Part shown: positions 20,380-31,476 of the stretch, one piece after another
Layout of the letters: every line of letters begins with the position of its first letter
How positions within the stretch are numbered: the stretch's first letter is position 1
IMG/VR virus record: IMGVR_UViG_3300033076_000375
Location: 122,223-186,222 of that record
Source: a virus
Lineage: Duplodnaviria > Caudoviricetes
Direction: 5' to 3' (one strand)
DNA: 64,000 bases
The notes under the pieces: model-generated
The model's database searches: none
What the model was told of the DNA's origin: nothing
Seen by the model: the letters and a program-made list of their open reading frames with translations, nothing else
Position numbers and translations under genes: made by a program

Positions 20380-23300
20380 ATGGCAAAGCATATTTTAACA
20401 GAACAATACACGTTCAACCCAACAACTAAAACGATTACTATCGTCGGTAGAGCATTCTTACAAGAAGAAATTCTTTTAATTACTAACACTACTAAGAATA
20501 CGGTCATCTATAATTTCAGTGACCCTGCATTGGGTATGGCAAGTTTCTCAATTCAAACACCAACCGTTGCTGGTATGACCCCGACGACAACGATTGTTCT
20601 GAACTATAATACTGCTTCTCATTCTGCTACTGATAGGTTAGCAATCATGTTTGATGAATATGAAACTGCTATTATTCCAGCAGAAGCAATGACTGACCCT
20701 GTCAACAAGATGCGTGTTTCTACACCACAGTCAATGATTGATACTGACTTTGAATACTCTACCCAGCCTACTAAATGGGAAAGTATTTCAATGATTAACA
20801 ATCGTCCTTTTGCGTATGCCAACACACAATCTCCTATTACAATTACAAACGTAACTGCTACAAACAACTCAAGAACAATTACAGTTGCAACAACAACACC
20901 ACCGACAGTAGGCACTCCAATCTTCATCACAGATTGTACATGGGGTGCAGCAGACGGTCTATACATCGTAGATAGTATTGTTGCAGGCACTAGTTTCAAC
21001 TATACAGCTAAGATGCGTTTTACTGGTACTACTGGTACAATTTATAATAGCGGACAAACAACTTGTTATTCAGGATCAGTCTTCACTGGAGCATCTATCG
21101 CAGTTACATCATATTCATACACAGGTAACTTGATTAGTGTTACAACAACTAACCCGCACGGTCTAGGTGTTGGTAATGAAATTGCATTGACTGGTTCAAC
21201 AGCTACAACTAATGCCCCGAACGGTTCATGGACAGTAGCTGGTGTAACAAGCCCAACAGTATTCACATTCTATTCATCAGTTGGCACTCCAACTGGTACA
21301 GTTGCTAGTGGTACATTATATGTGCGTCCAGCAGGTTTAGTATACCATAGACCATTCGATGGTGGCGTTCAATTTAGTACATTGGCACAAAGTCACAACC
21401 AGCAACTAATTCGTCAAACACGTAGATATTTCCGTTATCAATCGGGTAAAGGTATTCAAATGTCTACAGGTACAATCTTACGCCCTAACATTTCGATTGA
21501 CCAATTGACAGCAAGTGGTACAACAATTACTGTTGTAACAAAAGTCCCTCATCAAATTAACCCTTCAACTATTGTATTGATTGCTGGTGCAATCGAAACT
21601 GGATTTAACGGTGCGTATACTGTAACACAGGTTATTGACCCTTACACATTCAAGTACACTGCATCAGTTGCACCTACTGTTACTACAGCTAGTGGCGTTC
21701 CATACTGCTCAGTAAGTTCATGGTATGGTGCATCAACACGTATTGGCATGTTTGATTCACAAAACGGTATCTTTTTTGAGTTTGATGGTCAAACGATGTA
21801 TGCGGTTCGCAGAAATAGTACATATCAAATCGCCGGGACAGTTAACATTACTGCAGGTAGCTCGACTGTAACTGGGGCTACACTTAACGGTGTTTCAACA
21901 TTGTTTAGTAAGCAATTATCTCCGGGTGATTGGATCGTCATTCGTGGTATGAGTTATCGTGTTGAAAGTATTGCAAGTGATACGTCAATGACAATTCAAC
22001 CTCCATATCGTGGTGCAAGTAACTTGACTAACGGTATCATTAGTAAGACCCAAGACTTAAAGATTCCACAATCGCAGTGGAACATGGACAAGATGGATGG
22101 TACAGGTCAATCCGGTATGATTCTTGACATTCACAGAATGCAAATGTTCTACATGGATTACTCATGGTACGGTGCTGGTTTCATTCGTTGGGGATTCCGC
22201 GGGGCAAACGGTAACGTAACATATTGCCACAAGATGGTAAACAACAACGTTAACTATGAAGCATATATGCGTTCTGGTAACTTACCTGCTCGTTATGAAA
22301 CTAATACATTCAGTAAATTATCAACATTGACGGCATCATTGAGTGCTGGCGGTACTAGTGTTAACATTAACAATTACGAAGGCTGGCCAAGTTCAGGTAC
22401 AATCTTTGTACGTAATAATACACAGACTGAATATATTAACTTTACAGGTAAGACACAATCAGCGTTGTTGTCAGGTACTACTATGCAAGGCAGCACAGTT
22501 GTCACTATGTCAAATACTTCAGGTGTCGTTGTTGGGCAAGCAGTGTCAAGTCCTAATACGCCATGGGGCGCAGTTGTAATGTCAATCTCAGCTAATGCAT
22601 CAGTTACTCTATCATTGCCAGCACAGTATACCGGATCTACTACACTTGCATTTGATCCGCAGTTAACTGGCTTAACTCGTGCTCAGGCAGGTGGTGCGTT
22701 AACATTCACAACTACAACAGGTAGTCCTGTGGTAACTGGTGTAAGTACTTCGGGTGTTCAAATTGGTCAATACGTAGTCGGTACTGGTATTCCTGATAAT
22801 GCTTATGTAGTTTCTTTCGTAACTAATACTAGTGTTCAACTTAGTGAAGCCGCAACAGCGTCCGGCTCAGTCTCATTGACATTCTTGGCAATGGCTGGTG
22901 CAGCACAAGCATTCACATATAGTGCAACGTTGCCGGTAGCAATCGAATTACACTCACCACAATTTGCTCCGCAAATCAGTCACTGGGGTACTTCAGTTAT
23001 CATGGACGGTAGATATGATGACGATAAATCATTCGTGTTTACATCAGGTACAACAACTGCACTAGCAGTCGCCGCATCCGCAACTAATGCGTTGATGAGT
23101 TTTAGAGTTGGACCAACAGTAAGCAACGGTATTATCTCTAGTAACTTAGGTGATAGAGAAATTGTTAACCGCATGCAGATGATTTTGCGTCAACTTGACT
23201 TGTTCTCAAACGGGCAGTTCTTGGTCACTATTGTACTGAATGGAACAGTGTCAAGTGCAACCCCTACCTGGTCAAACGTTGGAGGCTCAAGTCTCGCACA

Positions 23301-23577
23301 ATACGTTAACCATTCAACAGCTACTACAATTACTGGCGGCGAAGTAATTTACGGTTTCTACTTGAACTCGGCAGGTGGTACAAACTATACTGCAACTTCA
23401 ACTGACTTGAATTTGGTTCGTGACTTGGGTACAAGTATTTTGTCGGGCGGCGGCACTGCTCCCAATGCAGGTATGTATCCTAATGGTCCTGATATGATTA
23501 CTATCATGTGTCGTAACATTGGATCTGCATCAGCTAACATCTTCGGTCGTGTCTCTTGGACAGAGGCTCAAGCGTAA
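20380..23577 (+). CDS. Large virion structural protein (beta-rich repeats)
   Basis: 1065 aa, Thr/Ser/Gly-rich; repeated VTTxxPHxL-type units; IRQTRRYFRYQSGKG segment. Confidence 0.65.
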   Translation: MAKHILTEQYTFNPTTKTITIVGRAFLQEEILLITNTTKNTVIYNFSDPALGMASFSIQTPTVAGMTPTTTIVLNYNTASHSATDRLAIMFDEYETAIIPAEAMTDPVNKMRVSTPQSMIDTDFEYSTQPTKWESISMINNRPFAYANTQSPITITNVTATNNSRTITVATTTPPTVGTPIFITDCTWGAADGLYIVDSIVAGTSFNYTAKMRFTGTTGTIYNSGQTTCYSGSVFTGASIAVTSYSYTGNLISVTTTNPHGLGVGNEIALTGSTATTNAPNGSWTVAGVTSPTVFTFYSSVGTPTGTVASGTLYVRPAGLVYHRPFDGGVQFSTLAQSHNQQLIRQTRRYFRYQSGKGIQMSTGTILRPNISIDQLTASGTTITVVTKVPHQINPSTIVLIAGAIETGFNGAYTVTQVIDPYTFKYTASVAPTVTTASGVPYCSVSSWYGASTRIGMFDSQNGIFFEFDGQTMYAVRRNSTYQIAGTVNITAGSSTVTGATLNGVSTLFSKQLSPGDWIVIRGMSYRVESIASDTSMTIQPPYRGASNLTNGIISKTQDLKIPQSQWNMDKMDGTGQSGMILDIHRMQMFYMDYSWYGAGFIRWGFRGANGNVTYCHKMVNNNVNYEAYMRSGNLPARYETNTFSKLSTLTASLSAGGTSVNINNYEGWPSSGTIFVRNNTQTEYINFTGKTQSALLSGTTMQGSTVVTMSNTSGVVVGQAVSSPNTPWGAVVMSISANASVTLSLPAQYTGSTTLAFDPQLTGLTRAQAGGALTFTTTTGSPVVTGVSTSGVQIGQYVVGTGIPDNAYVVSFVTNTSVQLSEAATASGSVSLTFLAMAGAAQAFTYSATLPVAIELHSPQFAPQISHWGTSVIMDGRYDDDKSFVFTSGTTTALAVAASATNALMSFRVGPTVSNGIISSNLGDREIVNRMQMILRQLDLFSNGQFLVTIVLNGTVSSATPTWSNVGGSSLAQYVNHSTATTITGGEVIYGFYLNSAGGTNYTATSTDLNLVRDLGTSILSGGGTAPNAGMYPNGPDMITIMCRNIGSASANIFGRVSWTEAQA

Positions 23578-23589
23578 AAGGATAGGCTT

Positions 23590-24222
23590 GTGTCAAGTAA
23601 GCAGTTTAACAAAACTATTACATCATCTACTGAGCCAGCAAATGGTTTAGTGGGTGATGAGTGGTTTAACCCGACATCAAATAAGCTATATAAGTTTCTA
23701 CCAGTAAACAAACTCGCTCCTCAATGGTGCGAGTTACCACAAACTAACGTTGCAAATAGCATTACTTTCGGTAATTTAAGTAGTAACGGATATGTGGCAC
23801 TCACCGGTTCGCAAACATCTATGGCTTTGAGTCCTACTAACATTGCAGAAAATGTGAGTTTAATGGCATCTCCTCTTGTCGGAGTAGTCAGATACAACGT
23901 AACATCTCAAACTGTTGCGTATGTTACTGCACAGGCTACTAGCACCTGGACATTGAATATCACAGGAAGTGATAACGTCAACTTAAACTCAGTGTTGGCA
24001 ATTGGGCAAAGTGTTTCATTAGTGCTGTTAGTGACGAACGGGTCTACTGCTTATTATTCATCAACATTGATGGTTGATGGTTTTAACGTCACACCAAAAT
24101 GGGGCGGCGGTGTTGCACCTACTAGCGGCAATGCTTCTTCAATCGATTCATACGCCTATACTGTAATTAAAACTGGTAACGCTACATTTAGTGTATTGGC
24201 TAGTCAAACTAAGTTTGCATAA
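23590..24222 (+). CDS. Virion fibre-associated protein
   Basis: GTG start; GDEWFNP; C-terminal TPKWGGGVAPTSGNASSIDSY...VLASQTKFA domain. Confidence 0.6.
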   Translation: MSSKQFNKTITSSTEPANGLVGDEWFNPTSNKLYKFLPVNKLAPQWCELPQTNVANSITFGNLSSNGYVALTGSQTSMALSPTNIAENVSLMASPLVGVVRYNVTSQTVAYVTAQATSTWTLNITGSDNVNLNSVLAIGQSVSLVLLVTNGSTAYYSSTLMVDGFNVTPKWGGGVAPTSGNASSIDSYAYTVIKTGNATFSVLASQTKFA

Positions 24223-24231
24223 GGGGTTGAC

Positions 24232-27200
24232 ATGCCACTAATTGCAAGTTTAGCCGCAGCATCACTGAGTATGTTTCGGAAAATAGGTGGATTGATTAGA
24301 GCATCTGAGCCTTATTTTAATTTAGTTGCTCTGTTAATGAAAGGGAATACCGGTTCTCCGTTAGATTCATCTGCCACTATATCACCATCTTTCATCAGCG
24401 ATGCAAGTACTAATAATTTTCAACTAACAATCAACAGTGGTGCGAAATCAGATAGGGTGACTCCTTATCTAGGTGATGGATTCTACGGTGTTTCAATGAA
24501 CGGTACATCTGATTATCTTTCAGTGCCGGGCACTAACGCAGGCTTCAACTTTGGTACAAGTAATTTTACGATTGAGGGTTGGTTCTGGACAACTACAACA
24601 ACTCAATTAACTTTGTTTGAAAAACGTTCAGGTGCAACTTATGACTGGATTGTGTTCTTAAACGCTACTGCTGGCTACTTACAAATATTTTTGACTGGCG
24701 TAGTTGCAACCGCAAATGCTACGGTATTATATCCATTTGGTCAATGGGTTCATGTTGCGTTAGTTCGTAACGGTACAGTGTTCACCTTGTATCAAAATGG
24801 TGTGAGTGTGTATACTACTACTAACGCAGCCGCTGTGGGGTACAACTCAGCATATCCAGTATTGATTGGAGCTGACGCAAGTGGTCCAAGATTCTGGTGG
24901 CCGGGCTTTATTAGTAATGTTAGAATCGTTAACGGCACTGCTGTTTACACTGCGGCTTTCACCCCGCCGACTTCACCATTGACTGCAATTCCCGGAACTG
25001 TACTTCTAACTTGTAATAATAAATCTCTCACTGACCAATCTCCATTGGCTCAGGTAGTAACTGTAACATCTACGCCGAAAGTAGTTCCAACGTCTCCTTT
25101 TACAATTACAGCAAGTAAAATACTTGGAAGTGGTTATTTCAATGGAACAACAGATTCTGTCAGCTATCCTAATAACGCTGCATTTCAATTTGGAACTAGT
25201 GATTTTACTGTAGAGTTTTGGCTTTATAGTGCAGTTGCTTGGTCAAGTCAACCTGCAAGTTGCGGCATTGTAGGACAAAAAGCAAATGATACTACAAACG
25301 GTTGGGTAATTTATAAAGATGGTGGGTCACCTACAAAGCTCAACGCACGTTTTGCACTACAAAATAATTTCTTCACAACGTCAGATGTCCCCTCATTTCA
25401 ATGGGTGCATTATGCAGTGTCTAGAATTGGTACTACTGTCAGATGGTTTGTGAACGGAGTGCTAGACTCAACCGGCACTAGCAACGTATCTATTACAGAT
25501 GCGACTGGTACTTTATATGTAGGTTTCTCTCAAACATGGTCTGGATATTTCAACGGTTATATTAGTGATTTGAGAATAGTTAATGGCTCTGGAGTATATT
25601 CTGCAACATTTGCATTACCAACGACTTCATTGGCCGCTGTGGCAAGTACTAGTCTACTAACATTGCAATATAACGGCTCTCCGTTTAATAGCACGTTTGT
25701 AGACAACAGTAATATAGCATCACTAGTTACTAGAGCAGGTAATGCAACACAAGGCACATTTACACCATACGGTGGTTCGTGGTCAGTTTATTTCAATGGT
25801 TCTACGGATTATCTAACCCACACAACTGCAACTAATACAACACTGGGTACTGGTGACTGGACTATCGAACTGTGGGTATTTCAAACAACACGTGCTGCTA
25901 CCTCTGCACAGATTTATGATACTCGCCCTGCAGGAACAGGATCTCCCGTTGGGTATCAACTTATAAACATAAGCCCATCAGGTGCATTAACTTACAGCAG
26001 TACAGGATCAATTGCCGGCGGCACTGTACCATTAAACACTTGGACACATATTGCTGTTTCTAAGCAAGGTTCAAGTACTAGGATGTTTTTAAATGGTGTG
26101 CAAACTGGAAGCACCCTCACTGATACAGTAAACTATCTATTAGGTGCATCAAGACCCATCATTGCTACTGACGGCAACGTCCCGTTAAGTGCTGGTTATA
26201 GCTTTACTGGGTATGTTTCTAATCTCAGAGTTATCAAGGGAACTGCGTTATATACTGGTACATTCGCACCTAGTACATCACCGTTAACTGCAACGAGTCA
26301 AACTGAATTGTTAATAATGAATACTGGCATGCTAATGGATATGTCAAAAAATAATTATGCAGTAGTGAGAACTGGAACACCTAGATTTTTCAGACATAGT
26401 CCTTTTAAAGGTTCTACTGTTGTTGCGAACCCTGGTTATTTTTCTACCCAATTCAATGGATCTAGCTGGGTGACTACGCCGGCATCAGCAGCTACTAACA
26501 TCGGTACGCAAGACTTCACTGTTGAGTTTTGGTTTTACATGACTCAAACCGCAACATATGGTACAATCTTCAACTTAGGTCAATATACGAACGGGATATT
26601 CATTCGCATCGAAGGACAAACATATAGTATATATATTGTTAACACTCAAGTGTATTTAACCGGTACTGCGCCACTGAATACCTGGGTTCATTTAGCATTA
26701 GTTCGTAATGCTAGTAGTTTGTATCTATGGGCTAATGGTGTTCAAGTCGGTACAACGCTATCTAATACTGCAAGTATTAGTCCAACGGCAGCGATGATGG
26801 TCGGTGCTTCTGCTCACGCAACGGGCACAGAGCGTTTCTTTGGTTATGTTACTAACCTTAGGGTTGTAATCGGTAATGGCTTATACACAGCGGCATTCAC
26901 GCCACCAACTACACCATTGACTGCTATCACTGGGACAGCATTTTTAGGGTTTCAAAACAACACACAGATTGATAACTCGGTAAACAGTTTCAACGTAAAT
27001 ACTGCTGGCGGGACTCCATTCATTAGAAACTTCTCACCATTTACTAGCACATCTTCAACTAGTTTGACCTATAACACCGGAACAAGTTTTAGTCCTAGTG
27101 ATATTAGTGGTAGTGCGTCATTTGATGGGACCGGTGATTATCTTACTATTCCTACAAACAAGGCATTTAGTTCGTTCTATACATCTACTGATTTTACAGT

Positions 27201-28284
27201 TGAGGCTTGGTTTTATCTAAACAACGTGACTGCGGCACAACAGCTTATTATTTCACATAGAACGGCATCAACTGGAACGGCAGGTTATGTTCCATTCCTG
27301 ATATGGGCAGCTACGACAAACTTAGTATTGTATGTAAGTAGCAACGGTTCAACTTGGGATATTGTGAACGCTTCTAATATTGCTACTGGTCTTTCTCCTA
27401 ACTGTTGGTATCATGTTGCATTATGTAGGTCTAACGGGACGCTTCGAGCATTCTTGAACGGTATTCAGGGTGTAACAGTAGCTAATACAAGTACGTTTAA
27501 TACAACACAACCCTTGCAACTAGGAATGTCTACTGGTGAGACAAATACTGCATTAAACGGTTACATCTCTGATGCTAGAATTGTTAATGGTACTGCATTG
27601 TATACTAGTAATTTTATCCCACCAGTTGCACCTGCAATACCTACTAAGAATACTACGTTATTGTTGAACTTCACTAACTCCGGTATATTTGATAGTTCAG
27701 GTGGAACTGACTTTGATAGTATCGGTGCAGTTATGACACATTCAACTAGAAAGTATGGATCGACTAGTGTGTATTTCCCAGGAACTTCATACCTATTAGG
27801 GTCATACAATCCTAGATTGTATTTAGTAGGTGACTTTACTATTGAGATGTGGGTTAAAGGTGGTACTCAAACAGGCACTATGCCATTATTATTGTCTAGA
27901 AATGCAGCATACTCCGCAGGACCTTATTACGTAGCATATAATCACTCAAGCGCACTGAATAAGATTAGTTTACACAACACAACTTATGGTATGTTTATGA
28001 GTCATAACACTACAGTAACAGACGGTGCTTGGCATCATGTTGCAGTTACTAGAAGTGGTACGTCTGTTAACCTGTATGTTGATGGGGTTTCAACTGGAAC
28101 ACCATACACAAACTCTGCTGTATGGGATTATACAACACTAGTAGTAGGTAATAACCCTAGTGACGGTGGCGCCTCAACTACACAACTAGGTTATGTTGGC
28201 AACATTGACGATTTGCGTATAACAAATGGTTATGCAAGATATACGGGCAATTTCACACCGCCTACTGAGCTAATTGACGCTTAA
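24232..28284 (+). CDS. LamG/concanavalin-A-like repeat virion protein
   Basis: 1350 aa; six (N/D)(F/W)T(I/V)ExW LamG repeats; ends ARYTGNFTPPT like 4085. Confidence 0.8.
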   Translation: MPLIASLAAASLSMFRKIGGLIRASEPYFNLVALLMKGNTGSPLDSSATISPSFISDASTNNFQLTINSGAKSDRVTPYLGDGFYGVSMNGTSDYLSVPGTNAGFNFGTSNFTIEGWFWTTTTTQLTLFEKRSGATYDWIVFLNATAGYLQIFLTGVVATANATVLYPFGQWVHVALVRNGTVFTLYQNGVSVYTTTNAAAVGYNSAYPVLIGADASGPRFWWPGFISNVRIVNGTAVYTAAFTPPTSPLTAIPGTVLLTCNNKSLTDQSPLAQVVTVTSTPKVVPTSPFTITASKILGSGYFNGTTDSVSYPNNAAFQFGTSDFTVEFWLYSAVAWSSQPASCGIVGQKANDTTNGWVIYKDGGSPTKLNARFALQNNFFTTSDVPSFQWVHYAVSRIGTTVRWFVNGVLDSTGTSNVSITDATGTLYVGFSQTWSGYFNGYISDLRIVNGSGVYSATFALPTTSLAAVASTSLLTLQYNGSPFNSTFVDNSNIASLVTRAGNATQGTFTPYGGSWSVYFNGSTDYLTHTTATNTTLGTGDWTIELWVFQTTRAATSAQIYDTRPAGTGSPVGYQLINISPSGALTYSSTGSIAGGTVPLNTWTHIAVSKQGSSTRMFLNGVQTGSTLTDTVNYLLGASRPIIATDGNVPLSAGYSFTGYVSNLRVIKGTALYTGTFAPSTSPLTATSQTELLIMNTGMLMDMSKNNYAVVRTGTPRFFRHSPFKGSTVVANPGYFSTQFNGSSWVTTPASAATNIGTQDFTVEFWFYMTQTATYGTIFNLGQYTNGIFIRIEGQTYSIYIVNTQVYLTGTAPLNTWVHLALVRNASSLYLWANGVQVGTTLSNTASISPTAAMMVGASAHATGTERFFGYVTNLRVVIGNGLYTAAFTPPTTPLTAITGTAFLGFQNNTQIDNSVNSFNVNTAGGTPFIRNFSPFTSTSSTSLTYNTGTSFSPSDISGSASFDGTGDYLTIPTNKAFSSFYTSTDFTVEAWFYLNNVTAAQQLIISHRTASTGTAGYVPFLIWAATTNLVLYVSSNGSTWDIVNASNIATGLSPNCWYHVALCRSNGTLRAFLNGIQGVTVANTSTFNTTQPLQLGMSTGETNTALNGYISDARIVNGTALYTSNFIPPVAPAIPTKNTTLLLNFTNSGIFDSSGGTDFDSIGAVMTHSTRKYGSTSVYFPGTSYLLGSYNPRLYLVGDFTIEMWVKGGTQTGTMPLLLSRNAAYSAGPYYVAYNHSSALNKISLHNTTYGMFMSHNTTVTDGAWHHVAVTRSGTSVNLYVDGVSTGTPYTNSAVWDYTTLVVGNNPSDGGASTTQLGYVGNIDDLRITNGYARYTGNFTPPTELIDA

Positions 28285-28328
28285 CCTTAATTTCAATCAA
28301 CCTTTTCCTATGATAAGTACGTATCTAT

Positions 28329-28763
28329 ATGAACGTATTTCAGCTAAACTATGAAGCCAGACTATCAGACTGGTATGATTTAAGAGTCCGTTTAGAAGGC
28401 TCGTCCCTGGAGGAAAAGTGTGTAGAGATAGACAAATGGTGGCAACGTGCCCCATTAGTTACACACCATTTACATATACTAGATTCCGAAAACTGGCCTG
28501 ACCCGTGGGAACTTTTGGTAGAAAATACCTACGATGAGGTTGCACGTGCGTTGGGAATATGTTATACTTTGCTACTACTTGACGAAAACGCTGTTTCGAT
28601 GGCGGAAGCGACAGATAAAATGGGCAATGATGTAGTCATAGTCCAGGTTGACAACGCAAAATATATACTTAATTACTTCCCAGATACGGTACTAAGTAAT
28701 AAACTAACCGATTTCAGCATCAAACGCACCGTCAGTATTGACAATATAAAAACTAAAATTTAA
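28329..28763 (+). CDS. Hypothetical phage protein
   Basis: 144-aa ORF filling the gap before nrdA; ATAAGTA promoter-like variant at 28313-28319. Confidence 0.6.
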   Translation: MNVFQLNYEARLSDWYDLRVRLEGSSLEEKCVEIDKWWQRAPLVTHHLHILDSENWPDPWELLVENTYDEVARALGICYTLLLLDENAVSMAEATDKMGNDVVIVQVDNAKYILNYFPDTVLSNKLTDFSIKRTVSIDNIKTKI

Positions 28764-28772
28764 GGCAGAATA

Positions 28773-31115
28773 ATGAACAACATCAACGTAATTAAGCGTG
28801 ATGGGACAAGCGTCCCTCTAGATATCTCGAAGATACAACGACAAGTAAGTTACGGGTGTAAGGGCATCGATAACGTTAGCCCAAGCATGATTGAAATTAA
28901 AGCTCAGATTGAACTTCATGACGGAATGTCAACTAAGACAATCGATGAATTGTTACTAAAGGCAATGGTCAACTTAATTGATGAATCTGAAAACCCAGAT
29001 ATTAACAATGTAAATTATCAATATGTAGCAGGAAGACAAAAAGTTTCTATGCTACGAAAAGAAGTATATGGTGATTATACTCCACCGAAGCTATATGACA
29101 TTGTTAAAAAGAACGTAGAGAACAAAGTTTACTCCCCTGAATTGTTAGAATGGTATTCAGAAGATGAATGGAATATCATTGACTTATTCATTGACCATAG
29201 CAAGGACGAAAATTATACCTATGCGGCTATCGCCCAATTGGCAGAAAAGTACTTAGTGCAGAACCGTGCTACTGGTCAAATCTTTGAGACTCCTCAAGTA
29301 CGTTACGCAATCGCAGCCGCCACTGCTTTCCATGCAGAGCCAAAAGACAAGAGATTAAAGTATGTTAAAGATTATTATGAATGTGCTAGTGACGGTCATT
29401 TCACACTTGCAACACCTGTTCTCGCTGGTCTTGGCACGCCTACTAAGCAGTTTAGTAGTTGCGTTCTCATCAGTGCTGATGACACTTTGGATTCTATTTT
29501 CGCAGCCGGAGAAATGATGGCTAAGTATGCCTCTAAGAGAGCAGGCATTGGTTTAGAAATTGGGCGTATCCGCCCAGTAGGCGCACCTATTCGTAATGGT
29601 GAAATTAAGCATACAGGTCTCATTCCATTCTTGAAGAAGTGGTTCGGTGACTTGCGTTCATGTTCACAAGGTGGTATTCGTAACGCAAGTTGTACAGTTA
29701 CATTGCCTGTATGGCACTATCAGTTTGAGGACTTTATCGTTCTAAAGAATAATCAAGGTACTGATGAAACTCGTGTACGTCAGTTAGACTATTCAGTAGT
29801 AGTTAATAAGATGTTCTGGAATCGCTATCGCAACAATGAAAACATTACATTGTTCGATCCGCATGAAGTTCCAGACTTGTACGAAGCATTCTATCGTGAT
29901 ACAGAAGAATTCGAAACTCTTTACAAGCACTATGAACACAAGCGTGGCATCAAAAAGAAAGTATTGCCAGCAGTTGAAATCTTCAAGAACGGTATCTTAA
30001 AGGAACGTACTGATACAGGTCGTATCTACTTAGTTAATATCGATAACGTAATGAATCAAGGTCCGTTCGACACCAAGTTCGATCCGATTTATCAGAGTAA
30101 TCTATGCCAAGAGATCCTATTACCTACAAAGCCTTTCCAACGTATTGAAGATGAAGCAGGACGTATTGCTTTATGTACATTGGGCTCAGAGAACTGGGGC
30201 GCATTTAAGAACCCACAAGAAATGCGTAAGAGTTGTAGAGTATTAGTAAGAAGTTTAAGTAATCTCCTTAGCTATCAAGACTTTCTATCCGTACAAAGTC
30301 GTTTAGCTAACTTAGACTTTGAACCTCTCGGTATAGGCATTACCAACTTAGCTTACTGGCATGCAAAACGTAACTTGCGTTATGGATCACCAGAAGCATT
30401 AGCAGAAGTTAAACGTTGGATGGAACATCAAGCATACTATCTAATTGAAGCCTCTGTTGAACTAGCACAAGAAAAAGGTGCATGTCAAAAGTCAGCACAA
30501 ACATTCTATGGTAAGGGTGTATTCCCTTGGGAGCGTAGAGCAGAAGGTGTTAACGAACTAACAGACTTCACCCCAAGTGAAACATTAGATTGGGAATCTT
30601 TGCGCCAGAAACTATTGCAATACGGTATTCGTAATGCTACACTAATGGCTGTAGCGCCAGTAGAGTCCAGCTCAGTTGTGTTAAACTCCACCAACGGAAT
30701 TGAAATGCCGATGGAATTGATTTCTGTGAAGGAATCGAAAGCTGGATCGTTTGTACAGGTTGTACCTGAATACAAACGTTTGAAGTCACGTTATCAATTA
30801 ATGTGGGATCAAAAAGATTGTGTAGAGTACTTAAAGACAGCGGCTGTTCTAGCAGTATACATTGACCAGTCATTATCAACTAACACATTCTATAACCCTG
30901 CATATTTTGATGGCGGCAAGGTACCTGCTACACTTATCAGCAAGAACTTAATGCTTGCTAGTAAGTGGGGTATCAAGACTATCTATTACTCATTGATTAA
31001 TAAGATGGGTGCTAAGGCTGCAATGAATCAGGAAGACAATGTTATTCCATTCGTTAAGCAAGAACTTGTTGAATTGATGGATGACATGGATGACTGTGAG
31101 GCATGTAAACTATGA
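28773..31115 (+). CDS. nrdA: Ribonucleoside-diphosphate reductase class Ia alpha subunit
   Basis: N-terminal ATP cone (VIKRDG), FSSC, SNLCQEI, ALCTLG, APVESSS, KTIYY, C-terminal CEACKL. Confidence 0.97.
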   Translation: MNNINVIKRDGTSVPLDISKIQRQVSYGCKGIDNVSPSMIEIKAQIELHDGMSTKTIDELLLKAMVNLIDESENPDINNVNYQYVAGRQKVSMLRKEVYGDYTPPKLYDIVKKNVENKVYSPELLEWYSEDEWNIIDLFIDHSKDENYTYAAIAQLAEKYLVQNRATGQIFETPQVRYAIAAATAFHAEPKDKRLKYVKDYYECASDGHFTLATPVLAGLGTPTKQFSSCVLISADDTLDSIFAAGEMMAKYASKRAGIGLEIGRIRPVGAPIRNGEIKHTGLIPFLKKWFGDLRSCSQGGIRNASCTVTLPVWHYQFEDFIVLKNNQGTDETRVRQLDYSVVVNKMFWNRYRNNENITLFDPHEVPDLYEAFYRDTEEFETLYKHYEHKRGIKKKVLPAVEIFKNGILKERTDTGRIYLVNIDNVMNQGPFDTKFDPIYQSNLCQEILLPTKPFQRIEDEAGRIALCTLGSENWGAFKNPQEMRKSCRVLVRSLSNLLSYQDFLSVQSRLANLDFEPLGIGITNLAYWHAKRNLRYGSPEALAEVKRWMEHQAYYLIEASVELAQEKGACQKSAQTFYGKGVFPWERRAEGVNELTDFTPSETLDWESLRQKLLQYGIRNATLMAVAPVESSSVVLNSTNGIEMPMELISVKESKAGSFVQVVPEYKRLKSRYQLMWDQKDCVEYLKTAAVLAVYIDQSLSTNTFYNPAYFDGGKVPATLISKNLMLASKWGIKTIYYSLINKMGAKAAMNQEDNVIPFVKQELVELMDDMDDCEACKL

Positions 31116-31300
31116 TTAAACTAGACGCATACAATATTTCATTTATGTTAATGGACGCATGGAGAAAGTTCGCTATGCGTTCTAGTGGAGCAGGTGAGAA
31201 GTTAGGTCAAGTACCTACATACGTTGAAGTAAACGGTGAACTAAAAACTGTCATTGATGTTGATAGTTCAGGTGACAAAATCATTTTAAAAACAGAATGA
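31112..31300 (+). CDS. Hypothetical protein
   Basis: 62 aa; ATGA overlap with the nrdA stop. Confidence 0.55.
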   Translation: MIKLDAYNISFMLMDAWRKFAMRSSGAGEKLGQVPTYVEVNGELKTVIDVDSSGDKIILKTE

Positions 31301-31476
31301 ATAATATCGATAAACAGATAAGAGAGGTTCTTCTCTCTTATAGTATTACAACACCTGTTGAGATTGAAGAAGAGGCAAAGCCTTACATATTGACTGCTTT
31401 AACTAGTCCTGATGTAGATAAAGTTTATGTTGATGATGAAGGTGGATTATGTATAGAATATTTAGGTGAAGAATGA
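31297..31476 (+). CDS. Hypothetical acidic protein (59 aa, not in the ORF track)
   Basis: MNNIDKQIREVLLSYSITTPVEIEEEAKPYILTALTSPDVDKVYVDDEGGLCIEYLGEE; ATGA overlaps at both ends. Confidence 0.6.
   Translation: MNNIDKQIREVLLSYSITTPVEIEEEAKPYILTALTSPDVDKVYVDDEGGLCIEYLGEE

Noticed and set aside
40-27809. Many 60-180-aa alternative-frame and antisense ORFs (poly-Pro, Val/Ala-rich) within structural genes
   Set aside because: They are shadows of GGN/ACN-rich codon usage in the real + strand genes; no SD or promoter support seen.
1-28284. Diversity-generating retroelement acting on adhesins
   Set aside because: No reverse transcriptase, and I saw no template/variable repeat pair differing only at adenines.
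28648-28770. TTGACA hexamers as sigma70 promoters for nrdA
   Set aside because: No acceptable -10 element at 16-18 nt spacing.
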